A stretch of DNA of 64,000 bases, taken from positions 17,662,856 to 17,726,855 of the forward strand of contig NC_068990.1 of the NCBI RefSeq assembly GCF_001194135.2, given 5' to 3'. Below the pieces are notes generated by a model. That model did not search any database and was not told the origin of the DNA. It saw only the letters and a program-made list of their open reading frames with translations. The position numbers were made by a program, and so were the translations under genes. This document shows, piece after piece, positions 25,821 to 35,346 of this stretch (its first letter is position 1; the number at the start of each line of letters is the position of its first letter). The stretch comes from Octopus bimaculoides. Lineage: Eukaryota.

Positions 25821-26756
25821 GGCTTCTTTCAGTTTTTGTTTACCAAATGTATTCACGGGGCTTTTGTTGGCCCAAGAGTAACATTGGGAATTTCAGGCAT
25901 GACAACTTTGTAAAACATATAATGGTCTTTATACAGCCTAGAGTTTAGCATTAAAAAAAATCAGAGACCCTGTTTGTCAGCCAAGAAAGAGATGACCACT
26001 GGAAGGAGGAAGGGGAAGAAGAAGAAGTCTCCATGAGGTTGCCCCGAAATCTCTGCTATTAGCTTCCTGCTTCAAAGCGATCCTAAAAAGTTTTTCGATG
26101 AAAATTTCTTGTTAATTTATACTCCAAACACCAACTTAATGATGACAAAGTTATTTTACTAAAGTCTTCTTTATTTTCTAACTTTGTTGAAACAAAAGAC
26201 TGTGTATTTTAGAGTAAATAGATTATTTACATGAATATCTGTCAACGTTCTTATTCATTTGTTTTCTTTAATTTACTTTGTTGTCATTCATAGATCATAA
26301 TAAATATATTTTCAGAACAATGGAGTAGCATTTTTCTCTTATTGTTTATCTCTGGTGCTCTTTCTTTCTTTTTTTTTTGTTCTATTTTTTTCCTTTTGTT
26401 TTATTTTTTCTCTATTGTTATTCTGGGATATTGTTTTTGTCTTTTATTCTTTGGTATTATTAAATAAATAAGTATCATTAATATGTTGAGAATCTATTCA
26501 ATCCTGAATATCTCCTCCTCCTTATGGTGGCAGGATATAAATGGTGGCAAAGTGCTGGGCATACTCACAATGGGCAGTGATCAGAATATAAATGGAATGG
26601 TTGAGTAAAGGAAGAGAGAGATATAGATGGTGGCAAGAGCCAGGGTACACCCTTGAGGTTTGAAGGTCGTAATATAAGTGGCAGTATATTTCGAAAGGAG
26701 TGGGATTAGAGAGTGCAGAGGGGTAGGGAAGTGCGTGGTGAAAACCTGGGTATATA

Positions 26757-27475
26757 TAGGGCTTTCCTATAAGGTGTTATCCACCCCTGATTGGAACTCT
26801 CCCGTATGACATGTACGCATGCTCAGTGACTTGCTTTAACAGTTGCAATCAGCTGAATGCACATTGCCNNNNNNNNNNNNNNNNNNNNNNNNNNNNNNNN
26901 NNNNNNNNNNNNNNNNNNNNNNNNNNNNNNNNNNNNNNNNNNNNNNNNNNNNNNNNNNNNNNNNNNNNNNNNNNNNNNNNNNNNNNNNNNNNNNNNNNNN
27001 NNNNNNNNNNNNNNNNNNNNNNNNNNNNNNNNNNNNNNNNNNNNNNNNNNNNNNNNNNNNNNNNNNNNNNNNNNNNNNNNNNNNNNNNNNNNNNNNNNNN
27101 NNNNNNNNNNNNNNNNNNNNNNNNNNNNNNNNNNNNNNNNNNNNNNNNNNNNNNNNNNNNNNNNNNNNNNNNNNNNNNNNNNNNNNNNNNNNNNNNNNNN
27201 NNNNNNNNNNNNNNNNNNNNNNNNNNNNNNNNNNNNNNNCCTTTCAACCTTTCAGTCAAGTCCGCCTTTCTTCCAGTAACATACTGTCCATATAATCTTA
27301 AATATTTCTTTAACTCAGGCACAGTAAGTACTTCGATAGCTGAATCATCAAGCTGCTTTATATCCATGATAAGACGTAAAACAATAACAATGGCGTGGGT
27401 AGCCTCCGGAAGTTTAATTATCTACATGGAGCGCCGCCTAGCCAAGGGAGATAACCTACTTATAGGAAAGCCCTA
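26757..27475 (-). mobile_element. TIR-bounded DNA transposon-like element carrying a SAP-domain ORF (interior in a gap)
   Basis: Perfect 19-bp inverted repeat TATAGGGCTTTCCTATAAG at 26755-26773 and 27459-27477; TA (or TATA) duplicated; it interrupts another dispersed repeat. Confidence 0.8.
27240..27367 (-). CDS. SAP DNA-binding domain ORF start (transposon-borne, continues into gap)
   Basis: MDIKQLDDSAIEVLTVPELKKYLRLYGQYVTGRKADLTERLKG matches the SAP pattern LTVxELKxxLxxxGxxxxGxKAxLxxRL; no stop before the gap. Confidence 0.8.
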
Positions 27476-27876
27476 TAGAAGCGGTGGGGGGGGGGCCTGC
27501 AGGATAGCAATGATTCAGAGAAACAGGCCCATGAGAACAGGATTGTGGAGTGAGAGGTAGGCGTAGTGTATGAAATGGAAATGCAAGGAAGAGAAGAGAT
27601 GTAGAGATGTAGTTTGGTTTGTTGTGGTAAGGTGTGTGAGAAGTTTTCTTGTTAAGTGTGGGTAAGGCACACAGTGCTTCTAGGACTCAGTTTCGCTGAT
27701 GTGGGTGGGTCTTCTCAAGATCCTCATATCGCCAGACATCTCGGTCCATTGTCATTTCCTCTGTGAAGCCCAACATCCTGAGAGCAGTTCTTATCATTTC
27801 ATAAATATATATAATTATAAATATATATAATTTAATCCTTTTATCTTTTCTTCTCTATTTTCTTTTCATTTTATAG

Positions 27877-28003
27877 GTGGTGGACGGAACCCAATAACAC
27901 CACGTTTTCTCCGTCATTTCAATACCATAACAATCAATGAGTTCAGTGATGAGACAATGTGCACAATCTTTACAAGAATTGTGGACTGGCATTTTACCTC
28001 AAA
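27877..28003 (+). CDS. DNAH7: Exon 15 (AAA3)
   Basis: tatag|GT..AA|gtaaga; [42 protein letters not shown]; 127 nt, phase 1 to 2. Confidence 0.96.
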
Positions 28004-28623
28004 GTAAGATTTTCGTAACATGTGAAGTTCAATATAGTTCTTTTCTGGAGATGGGGAAAGGCATTGTTCTTGACAATTTTGCTGGGTTTTAAGACAAGTT
28101 GTGGAAAAAAATAAATGAAGAAAGAAACTAGGACTTTTGGGTTATGACAGCAAGAAACAGCACTAATTCAGATCATAGAACTTCTCGTCCAATAGCTTGC
28201 ACTATAGTGGGGCTAGGTAGTGACGAGAAATCTGGCAATAGATTCAGAATACCTGAAATTGTTGTACTTTGGGAGATTTATACTGCCAAGTAAAGCACAT
28301 ACACTGGTTATTCTTCACTTCAGTTTTATTACTAATCAATTAAGCAATTAATCACTTGATCAACTGTTAATCAGTTAGCCTGCCAAAGTCATTTACTGCT
28401 GAGTGAATCGGAGCAAAATGAAATGAAGTGTTTTGCTCAAGAACACAATGCACTACCAATCACCCTAACCTCTAGGCCATGTGCCTTCACCTATGCTTAT
28501 TTATACTATATTAGAAATCAATATACACCAAAATTAAAATATAAATAAAATAAGATGAAAGGGCCTTCAACTGTCATTTGTATGCTTAAGTAATTAATCA
28601 ATTAATTCTTTTTGTCTTTCCAG

Positions 28624-28840
28624 TGGTTTCAGTGAATATTTCAAGCCATGTGTGGATCAAATAGTTTTTGCCACTCTTAGAGTTTACAAAGAAGCCATGG
28701 TGAACCTACTTCCCACACCGGCTAAATCCCATTATTTATTCAATCTGAGAGATTTCAGCCGAGTCATTGGTGGTGTGTTACTCTCTGTCCCTGAAACTAC
28801 TGAAGTGCCAAACTCTATCAAGAAACTATGGGTTCATGAG
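28624..28840 (+). CDS. DNAH7: Exon 16
   Basis: tccag|T..GAG|gtagac; GFSEYF...[21 protein letters not shown]...LWVHE; 217 nt, phase 2 to 0. Confidence 0.97.
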
Positions 28841-29362
28841 GTAGACATTTCAATCATCAATTATCAGTATTATTATATTTTCCCTACTTTTTCATGTTTT
28901 ATGCTGCTTTTGTTGTTCATCAATTTAACCCTTTGTCTGTCCTGTATAATACACATGTGATTCATGGGGCATATTTCCCTGGCATCCATGCATCATAAAT
29001 GATACACATCCCTAAATTTTTTCAACCACCAGAGTAATTTGGAACTTAAGAAAAAGAAAGGCTTAGATTACTCAGAACGTATGAAACAAGGGCTAACCAA
29101 AAAATATGAAAACAAGTGTAGATATTTAAGATGAACATATGAAAATATTTTTTGGACTGCCAAAGGGTTAAGAATCTGAAGATATCTGTCGCCTTGGAAT
29201 TATCAACTTCGATATGAAATTTCTCCAGCAAGAGGTTGCCATTGATTATAGTTTCCAAAACTACTGCACCAAACACTTGCCACGCAGTGAGACTGAACCC
29301 GGAACCATGTGGTTGGTAAGCAAGTTACTTACCACATAGCCACTCCTGCGCCTATATATATA

Positions 29363-29398
<36 letters not shown>

Positions 29399-29444
29399 NN
29401 NNNNNNNNNNNNNNNNNNNNNNNNNNNNNNNNNNNNNNNATATA

Positions 29445-29780
29445 GGCACATGGCTCAGTGGTTAGAGCGTCAAACTTACGATAGTGAGGTTGTGAGTTTG
29501 ATTCCCGGACCGGGCTGCGTGTTGTTGTTCTTGAGCAAGACACTTTATTTCACATTGCTCCAGTTCACTCAGCTGTAGAAATGAGTGGCGACGTCACAGG
29601 TGCCAAGCTGTATCGGCCTTAGCCTTTCCCTTGGATAACACTAGTGGCATGGCGAGGGGAAGCCGGTATGCATGGGCGACTGCTGGTCTTCCATAAACAA
29701 CATTGCCTGGACTTGTGCCTCGGAGGGTAACTTTCTAGGTACAATCTCATGGTCAGTCATGACCAAAGAGGGTCTCAACT
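29445..29780 (+). mobile_element. tRNA-headed SINE family E with CORE/V-like centre
   Basis: Box A TGGCTCAGTGG, box B GAGTTTGATTCC, then TTCTTGAGCAAGACACTT...TTGCTCCAG. Related copies near 6025-6290, 57300-57520, 62500-62680 and 28410-28480 (minus). Confidence 0.8.
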
Positions 29781-29825
29781 GTATTTGTATGTATGTATGT
29801 ATGTATGTATGTATGCATGCATAGC

Positions 29826-30560
29826 TTTTTTTTTTTTTGATGCAATTCAGCTTTTGATGTGGTTTGTGCAGGTTCCTTACACTTGGATTATGATCATTTT
29901 AAATTGATGTTATTGGAGACAATCCATTTTTCATCACCAGTGATGGTTTGTTTCAAAAAAAGGTCGATTTCATTGCGTTTGAGATGCATAGTGCAAATAT
30001 TGATTCATTGTGTTAAGTGAATCTCTTTCAATTTATGTGGAACCCAAATATTGAGTTTGTTAATGAGTCCAAGACATTTTAAGTGATTATCAATTGTTGT
30101 GTGTGATACATTTAGCCTCTATGCAATCTCTCACAGAGTTCTATGAAAATCAGATTCAGTTATGGCTTCTAGACTTCTGTGGTCACAGTCTTCAGGTTTA
30201 TACCTCCTGGTCATAATGGGGTTTCCAAGGATGAAAATTCAATTCTTTATGCAACAACATCCGTATTGTGTGTCTTGTTAGTTCACTTTCACAAGCTGCT
30301 CGATGTGTTGATTTTTGCAGGCTGCAATTAAACATTTCCTACACTGTTGCCACATACTGCTGATTGGGATGTGGTTGAACAGCCACTTCTTGCATCATTT
30401 ACAGAGCCTGTGTCATCAGCTTTGCATGTCAACTTTTTATTGTCTCCGGACGTAGTGTTGCATGCTTACCTTTCCATGCATGCCACCATCACTGTACCAA
30501 AACAATGGAATTCTACACTTCATAGCATGCTGCTATCTTAGCTCACTCCTGAACAGTCAA
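29826..30560 (-). mobile_element. Fused fragments of two different Tc1/mariner transposase fossils
   Basis: 29826-30170: IWVPHKLKEIHLTQ...TITGDEKWIV. 30172-30560: GSVNDARSG..T and KSTHRAACESELTRHTIRMLLHKELNFHPWKPHY, a different lineage. Confidence 0.75.
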
Positions 30561-30822
30561 GCAACCAGCCATCTGGAAAATAAGAAATAAGGCAATAAGA
30601 AAATAAGAAATCCCCATTAGTGTTGTTTGTTTAAAAACTGTTTTCGTCATGACTTCAGTGATACTAAAAATTCTATAAGCAATTTCTGATGCCCAGTTAC
30701 TTTCCACCTACCCTGCATATGCCAAGTGAAAATTCCTTATCCCCTTTACTGTTACAAATACATGCCTTGTTAAAAGAAATTTACTTCCATCTGAGCTTTC
30801 CTTTTATTCCATTCACTTGTAG

Positions 30823-31139
30823 GTGTATAGAGTTTACTATGATCGTCTGGTTGACGCAGAAGATCAAAACTGGATGTATGAATGCATACAAAATGTCTGT
30901 AATGATGAGCTAGAAGTTAATTTCCATGAACTGTTTAGCCATTTGGACGCTGATGAAGATGACCATGTTACTGATGAAGATATGCGAAGCTTAATCTATT
31001 GTGACTTTAGTGACCCCAAAAATGACAGTAAGAATTATCTAGAAGCACCTGATTTAGAGCTGCTGCGTACCATAACGGAAGGTTTACTTGATGAGTACAA
31101 TAACATGAGCAAGAAACCAATGAATTTGGTTCTCTTCAG
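30823..31139 (+). CDS. DNAH7: Exon 17 (includes EF-hand-like loop)
   Basis: tgtag|GTG..AG|gtttgt; VYRVYYDRLVD...LDADEDDHVTDED...SKKPMNLVLFR; 317 nt, phase 0 to 2. Confidence 0.97.
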
Positions 31140-31242
31140 GTTTGTTCAGTTATCTCCTTTTTTATATAATAAATTTCATTCTTATCTGGGATACATTGAA
31201 GGAATATAAATGAATCTGGGATTTGACTGGTGCTTTTTATTA

Positions 31243-32538
31243 CAAAGTTCATTCCAGATGTTTAGAGACATTTACAAGGGAGACATTTATTAATTTCAAA
31301 GTTAAAAATTCTAATGTCCTTCAAAGGAGGACCCTCTGACTTCAATGCATTGTTGTAGTGCTCCAGCTACTTTGTGAAGGCCCTATAAAAGCCCTCCAAA
31401 GTGAAGGTGTCCCAGACCATTTTCACAGCCGCCTGCATCTTCTCACTCTCTTCAAAATTACTGCATCTGAGGTTTTCCTTCAGCTTGGGGAAACAGCCAA
31501 AATTGCAAGGAGCAAGGTCTGGACTATAGGGAGGATGAAAAACAATTTTGATGTCCATCTCTGTCAAGTAGTTGGTTACCAGGATGGAATTGTGGACTGA
31601 TGCACTGTCCAGTGCAGTTGCTGCTGACTTGAGTGGAAGGGCTCTGGCCTTTTGTGATGAGCTCTCTTCTTGAACTCCCTCACAATCTCCACAAAGTACT
31701 CTTTGTTGACCATCTGGCCAGAGGGAACCCAGTAGATATAGATGATGCTGTTGCTGTTGAAAAATGGTATCATCACGAGCTTCCCAGTTGACTTGCTTTG
31801 CCTGGCCTTCATAGGTCTGGAAGAGCCTGGATGCTTCCATTTCTTGGACTCTGGATCACAACAGTAGTTCCAGCTTTTATTATTGGTCACTAGAGACTCA
31901 AGTACTCTTTAATTGGAGATAATTAGCTCAGCAATCTCCCTTCTGTCACCAATGCAACTTTCTTTCAGTTCATCATTGAACACCCTCAGAACAAACTTTA
32001 CACATGTTCAGACCTTCATGAATATTTCTGTGTACAGTTGCCACACCAACTCCAAACTATACTTATTGTCTTTATAGGCATACAGACAATCTTCATCCAG
32101 AAAATTGTGAATTTTCTTGACCAATTCAGATATTCTGATGTGCCTCTCCCTCTCACGCCTCTCATTGTCTCTAACTTCCTCTCTACCATTCTTGAACCTT
32201 TTGTGCCAATGAAAAGCAGATGCTCAGCTCCATACATGTTAATACATAAGCAGTCTGGAGCATTTCATAAGTTTCTGTAGCGTTTTTGCCCAGTTTAACA
32301 TGAAACTTTATTGCATAACAAACTTCCAACATCCCGACTGCATTCTGCAAACTAGTCAGTTGTGACAAGCAGTGTTTGGTGTGTTCAAATTGCTGTTACA
32401 GCCATCTCCTTCAATCTGGAATAAAAAAAAATGTTGGCAGGTCAGCTTATTAGTTGTATAGTACTAAAGTTACAACAATCAAGGGGAATTATAACTGCGT
32501 CTCTTAAACAAGTCTCAAAACTTCTGGAATGCACTTTG
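31243..32538 (-). mobile_element. Full-length decayed mariner transposon (1,296 bp)
   Basis: TA at 31241-31242 and 32539-32540; 27-bp TIRs, 24/27 identical (CAAAGTKCATTCCAGAWGTTTWGAGAC); remnants AIKFHVKLGKNATETYEML, DPESK..WKHPGS.RP.KARQSKS and HPPYSPDLAPCNF; many stops and frameshifts. Confidence 0.92.
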
Positions 32539-33079
32539 TATTCAGCCATCATAGCCATGTTGTAACACTTCCTTCAGGAAAATGGGAAAACAGATTAAAT
32601 ACTAGAAATTTATTCTCAGTTGGTTAAATGACTGATAGTATTTAATACCTAAGAATAAAATAATCGTGTTACTTTGTTATTGCTGTTTGTTAGATCAATT
32701 CTTACTTTAGTTAAATGGGTAAATATTATTTGCTATGTTATCAATACTCCCTCATCTGGTCTATAGAATCACGGCAAAACCTCAATGAGGATGTAATCAG
32801 GTGTCTGGTTCCTTGATGCATGACACTTGTGCAACCATTTTTTAAAAATCCACGTGTGACGATCCATAGTGACAAAACACTCTTCATCATCATCATTTTA
32901 TTCCAATTTCCATACTTGCATGGGTGAGATGAAATTTGTTGAAGCAGATTTTCTATAGCCAGATGGTCTTCCTGTCACCAATCCTCCCCAGTTTCAAGCA
33001 AGATGGAGAAGACTAGAAGTTGACAAGATTTGCATGACATTGATGCTTGTGTACAACCATCACATGATGTCAAGGCAAG

Positions 33080-33081
<2 letters not shown>

Positions 33082-33135
<54 letters not shown>
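33082..33135 (+). repeat. (CA)27 microsatellite
   Basis: Directly visible. Confidence 0.97.
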
Positions 33136-33136
<1 letters not shown>

Positions 33137-33184
33137 CAACATCCACACAGTCACACTTATACACACTTACATACATGGTTTGAA

Positions 33185-33382
33185 AAATACAAGAGAAAGA
33201 GGACATCTATGACCATTAACAAAGAGTCTGCAAATCCAGTACCCAAGATACGATTTCAACTTCATACCCATTATCATTGGAGCAGCAGGAAACATACTGA
33301 TCCATCTGGAGCAAAGTATGGCTGAACTTGGGTTCTTGGAGACAGATTGCAAGACCTTAATTCATACACTACAAATGATCAT
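33185..33382 (+). mobile_element. C-terminal fragment of a second RLE-type LINE
   Basis: QEKEDIY...SLQIQYPRYDFNFIPIIIGAAG...LGF..LIHTLQ resembles the K..Y..L...P(I/V)IIGALG end of RLE-clade ORFs; family assignment is inference. Confidence 0.6.
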
Positions 33383-33419
33383 ATTTACTTTAATATTTTA
33401 TTTAAATGTTTTATTATAG

Positions 33420-33561
33420 ATTTGCTGTTGAACATGTTTCAAAGATTTCTAGAATCTTAAAGCAGCCCAGAAGTCATGCATTGTTAGTTGGTGTTGGTGG
33501 ATCAGGCCGACAGTCTCTTACCAGATTAGCTGCTCATATGGCGGATTATGATTTACATCAG
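33420..33561 (+). CDS. DNAH7: Exon 18 (AAA4 Walker A)
   Basis: tatag|A..CAG|gtatat; [47 protein letters not shown]; 142 nt, phase 2 to 0. Confidence 0.97.
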
Positions 33562-33693
33562 GTATATTATAAACTTACTTGTTGATGGTTTCTTTGAATA
33601 TCAAACACTGCTGAATGGTTTTTTAATGCTGCTAAGTCTGAATTTCTTTTCAAACCCTGGACTATATTGCTGCTGTTGTCAACTTTCTATCAT

Positions 33694-33700
<7 letters not shown>

Positions 33701-33750
<50 letters not shown>
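33701..33750 (+). repeat. (GT)25 microsatellite
   Basis: Directly visible. Confidence 0.97.
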
Positions 33751-33754
<4 letters not shown>

Positions 33755-34683
33755 GATGACGTTCTGTCTGTGACCTTTTAGCATTCTTCATTAGTTAGTT
33801 TTATGCTAAGTGCTGGCATGGCTGTGTGGTAAGAAGCTTGCTTTCCAACCACATGGTTTCAGGTTCAGTCCCACTGTGTGACACCTTGAGCAAGTTTCTT
33901 CGACTATATCCTCGGAGCAACCAAAGCCTTGTGAGTGGACTTGGTAGACAGAAACTAAAAGAAGCCTGTATACATACACACACGTGTGTGTGTGTGTCTT
34001 TGTGAACATGTTTGTTCCCCACCACTACCACCACGATTTGATGACAGTGTTGGTTTGTTTATGCCTCTGTAAGCTAACAGTTTGGCAAAAGAGACCAATA
34101 GAATAATTACTAGGCTTAAAAAAAATCAGTCTTGGGGTTGATTTGTTCAACGAAGACCCTTCAAGGCAGTGCTCCAACATGGCCATAGTCAAATGACTGA
34201 AACAAGTAAAAGATAAAAGATGTTACGTCTTTTTGGTAGATTCCTAAGAAAAGTGAAACTAGTTGGTTTTGTCCTCATCCCAGGCTGCCAAAAGCTCTTA
34301 GGTTTATCTACAAAGCTTTAATTCCATGGCTGGCGGAGGTTATAAATGAGCACCACTGACATACAAATGATGTTGTTAATTTTAAGCCTTCCATAAAAAT
34401 CATTTTCTGGCAATGCAGAAATATTACAATTGTTTGGAAACAGATTCGGATTGGTAACAGGAAGGACATTTGGAAGTAAAAACTCTGCCTCAACAAAGTC
34501 CATTTGACACATGGAAGCATGACATTAAACAGTGTTATATATAATAATATACCACAGGCTTCTTTCAATTTCCATTTACCAAATCCATTCACAAGGATAT
34601 TAGTGGAAGACACTTGCCAAAGGTGCTATGTAATGTGACTGGACTTGGAATCATGTTTGGGAAATGAACTTCTCGAGAATACC

Positions 34684-34832
34684 AGGAGTGGCTGTGTGGT
34701 AAGTAGCTTGCTTACCAACCACATGGTTCCGAGTTCATTCCCACTGCATGGCACCTTGGGCAAGTGTCTTCTACCAAAGCCTTGTGAGTGGATTTGGTAG
34801 ACGGAAACTGAAAGAAGCCCATTGTGTATATG

Positions 34833-34863
<31 letters not shown>

Positions 34864-35092
34864 ATATGTATGTGTGTGTATATGTTTGTGTGTCTGTGTT
34901 TGTCTCCCCAACATCGCTTGACAACCGATGCTGGTGTGTTTATGTCCCCGTAACTTAGCAGTTCGGCAAAAGAGGCTGATAGAATAAGTACTAGGCTTAC
35001 AAAGAATAAGTCCTGGGGTCGATTTGCTCGACTAAAGGCGGTGCTCCAGCATGGCCACAGTCAAATGACTGAAAGGAGTAAAAGTGTAAAAG
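34684..35092 (+). mobile_element. tRNA/CORE-type SINE family B, near full-length, with internal (TA/TG)n
   Basis: Box A TGGCTGTGTGGT, box B GAGTTCATTCCC, CORE-like GGCACCTTGGGCAAGTG, internal microsatellite, tail GTAAAAG. Other copies: plus 8847-8935, 33815-34220, 40722-40870, 42962-43355, 58780-58925; minus 14735-15158, 24105-24331, 25320-25900, 29270-29352, 34557-34675, 41925-42192, 48015-48130, 53535-53910. Confidence 0.88.
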
Positions 35093-35232
35093 AATACTTG
35101 CATCCATCCATCTAAATTATTGATTAAATATAATTTGATTAATATCTTAATCTGTTTTCTTTTTTCTCCTGATACAGAATGTTTGAGCATGTAATTAACC
35201 TGAGAGGAAATTATTTAATTGTCTGTATTTAG

Positions 35233-35346
35233 GTAGAGATTTCCAAAAGTTACACGCAGAATGAATGGCGAGATGACTTGAAACTTATACTCAGGAAATC
35301 AACTGAAACAGATAACCATGCTGTGTTTCTCTTCTCCGACACTCAG
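35233..35346 (+). CDS. DNAH7: Exon 19 (AAA4 Walker B region)
   Basis: tttag|GTA..CAG|gtaaaa; VEISKSYTQNEWRDDLKLILRKSTETDNHAVFLFSDTQ; 114 nt. Confidence 0.96.

Larger units (their letters stand above)
26510..27660 (-). repeat. Unclassified dispersed repeat hosting the SAP element; second copy at about 61100-61335 (+)
   Basis: Shared TACCCAGGTTTTCACCAC...CTTTACTCAACCAT...GAGTATGCCC.GCA.TTTGCCACCAT between the two loci. Confidence 0.7.

Noticed and set aside
29445-29515. tRNA-like sequence with box A and box B
   Set aside because: The acceptor stem does not close and it continues into a SINE body with other copies, so it is a SINE head rather than a tRNA gene.
31367-31890. Transposase-like ORFs as active genes (also 62704-63060 and 44775-45194)
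   Set aside because: They are fragmented by stops, frameshifts or truncation and are reported as fossils.
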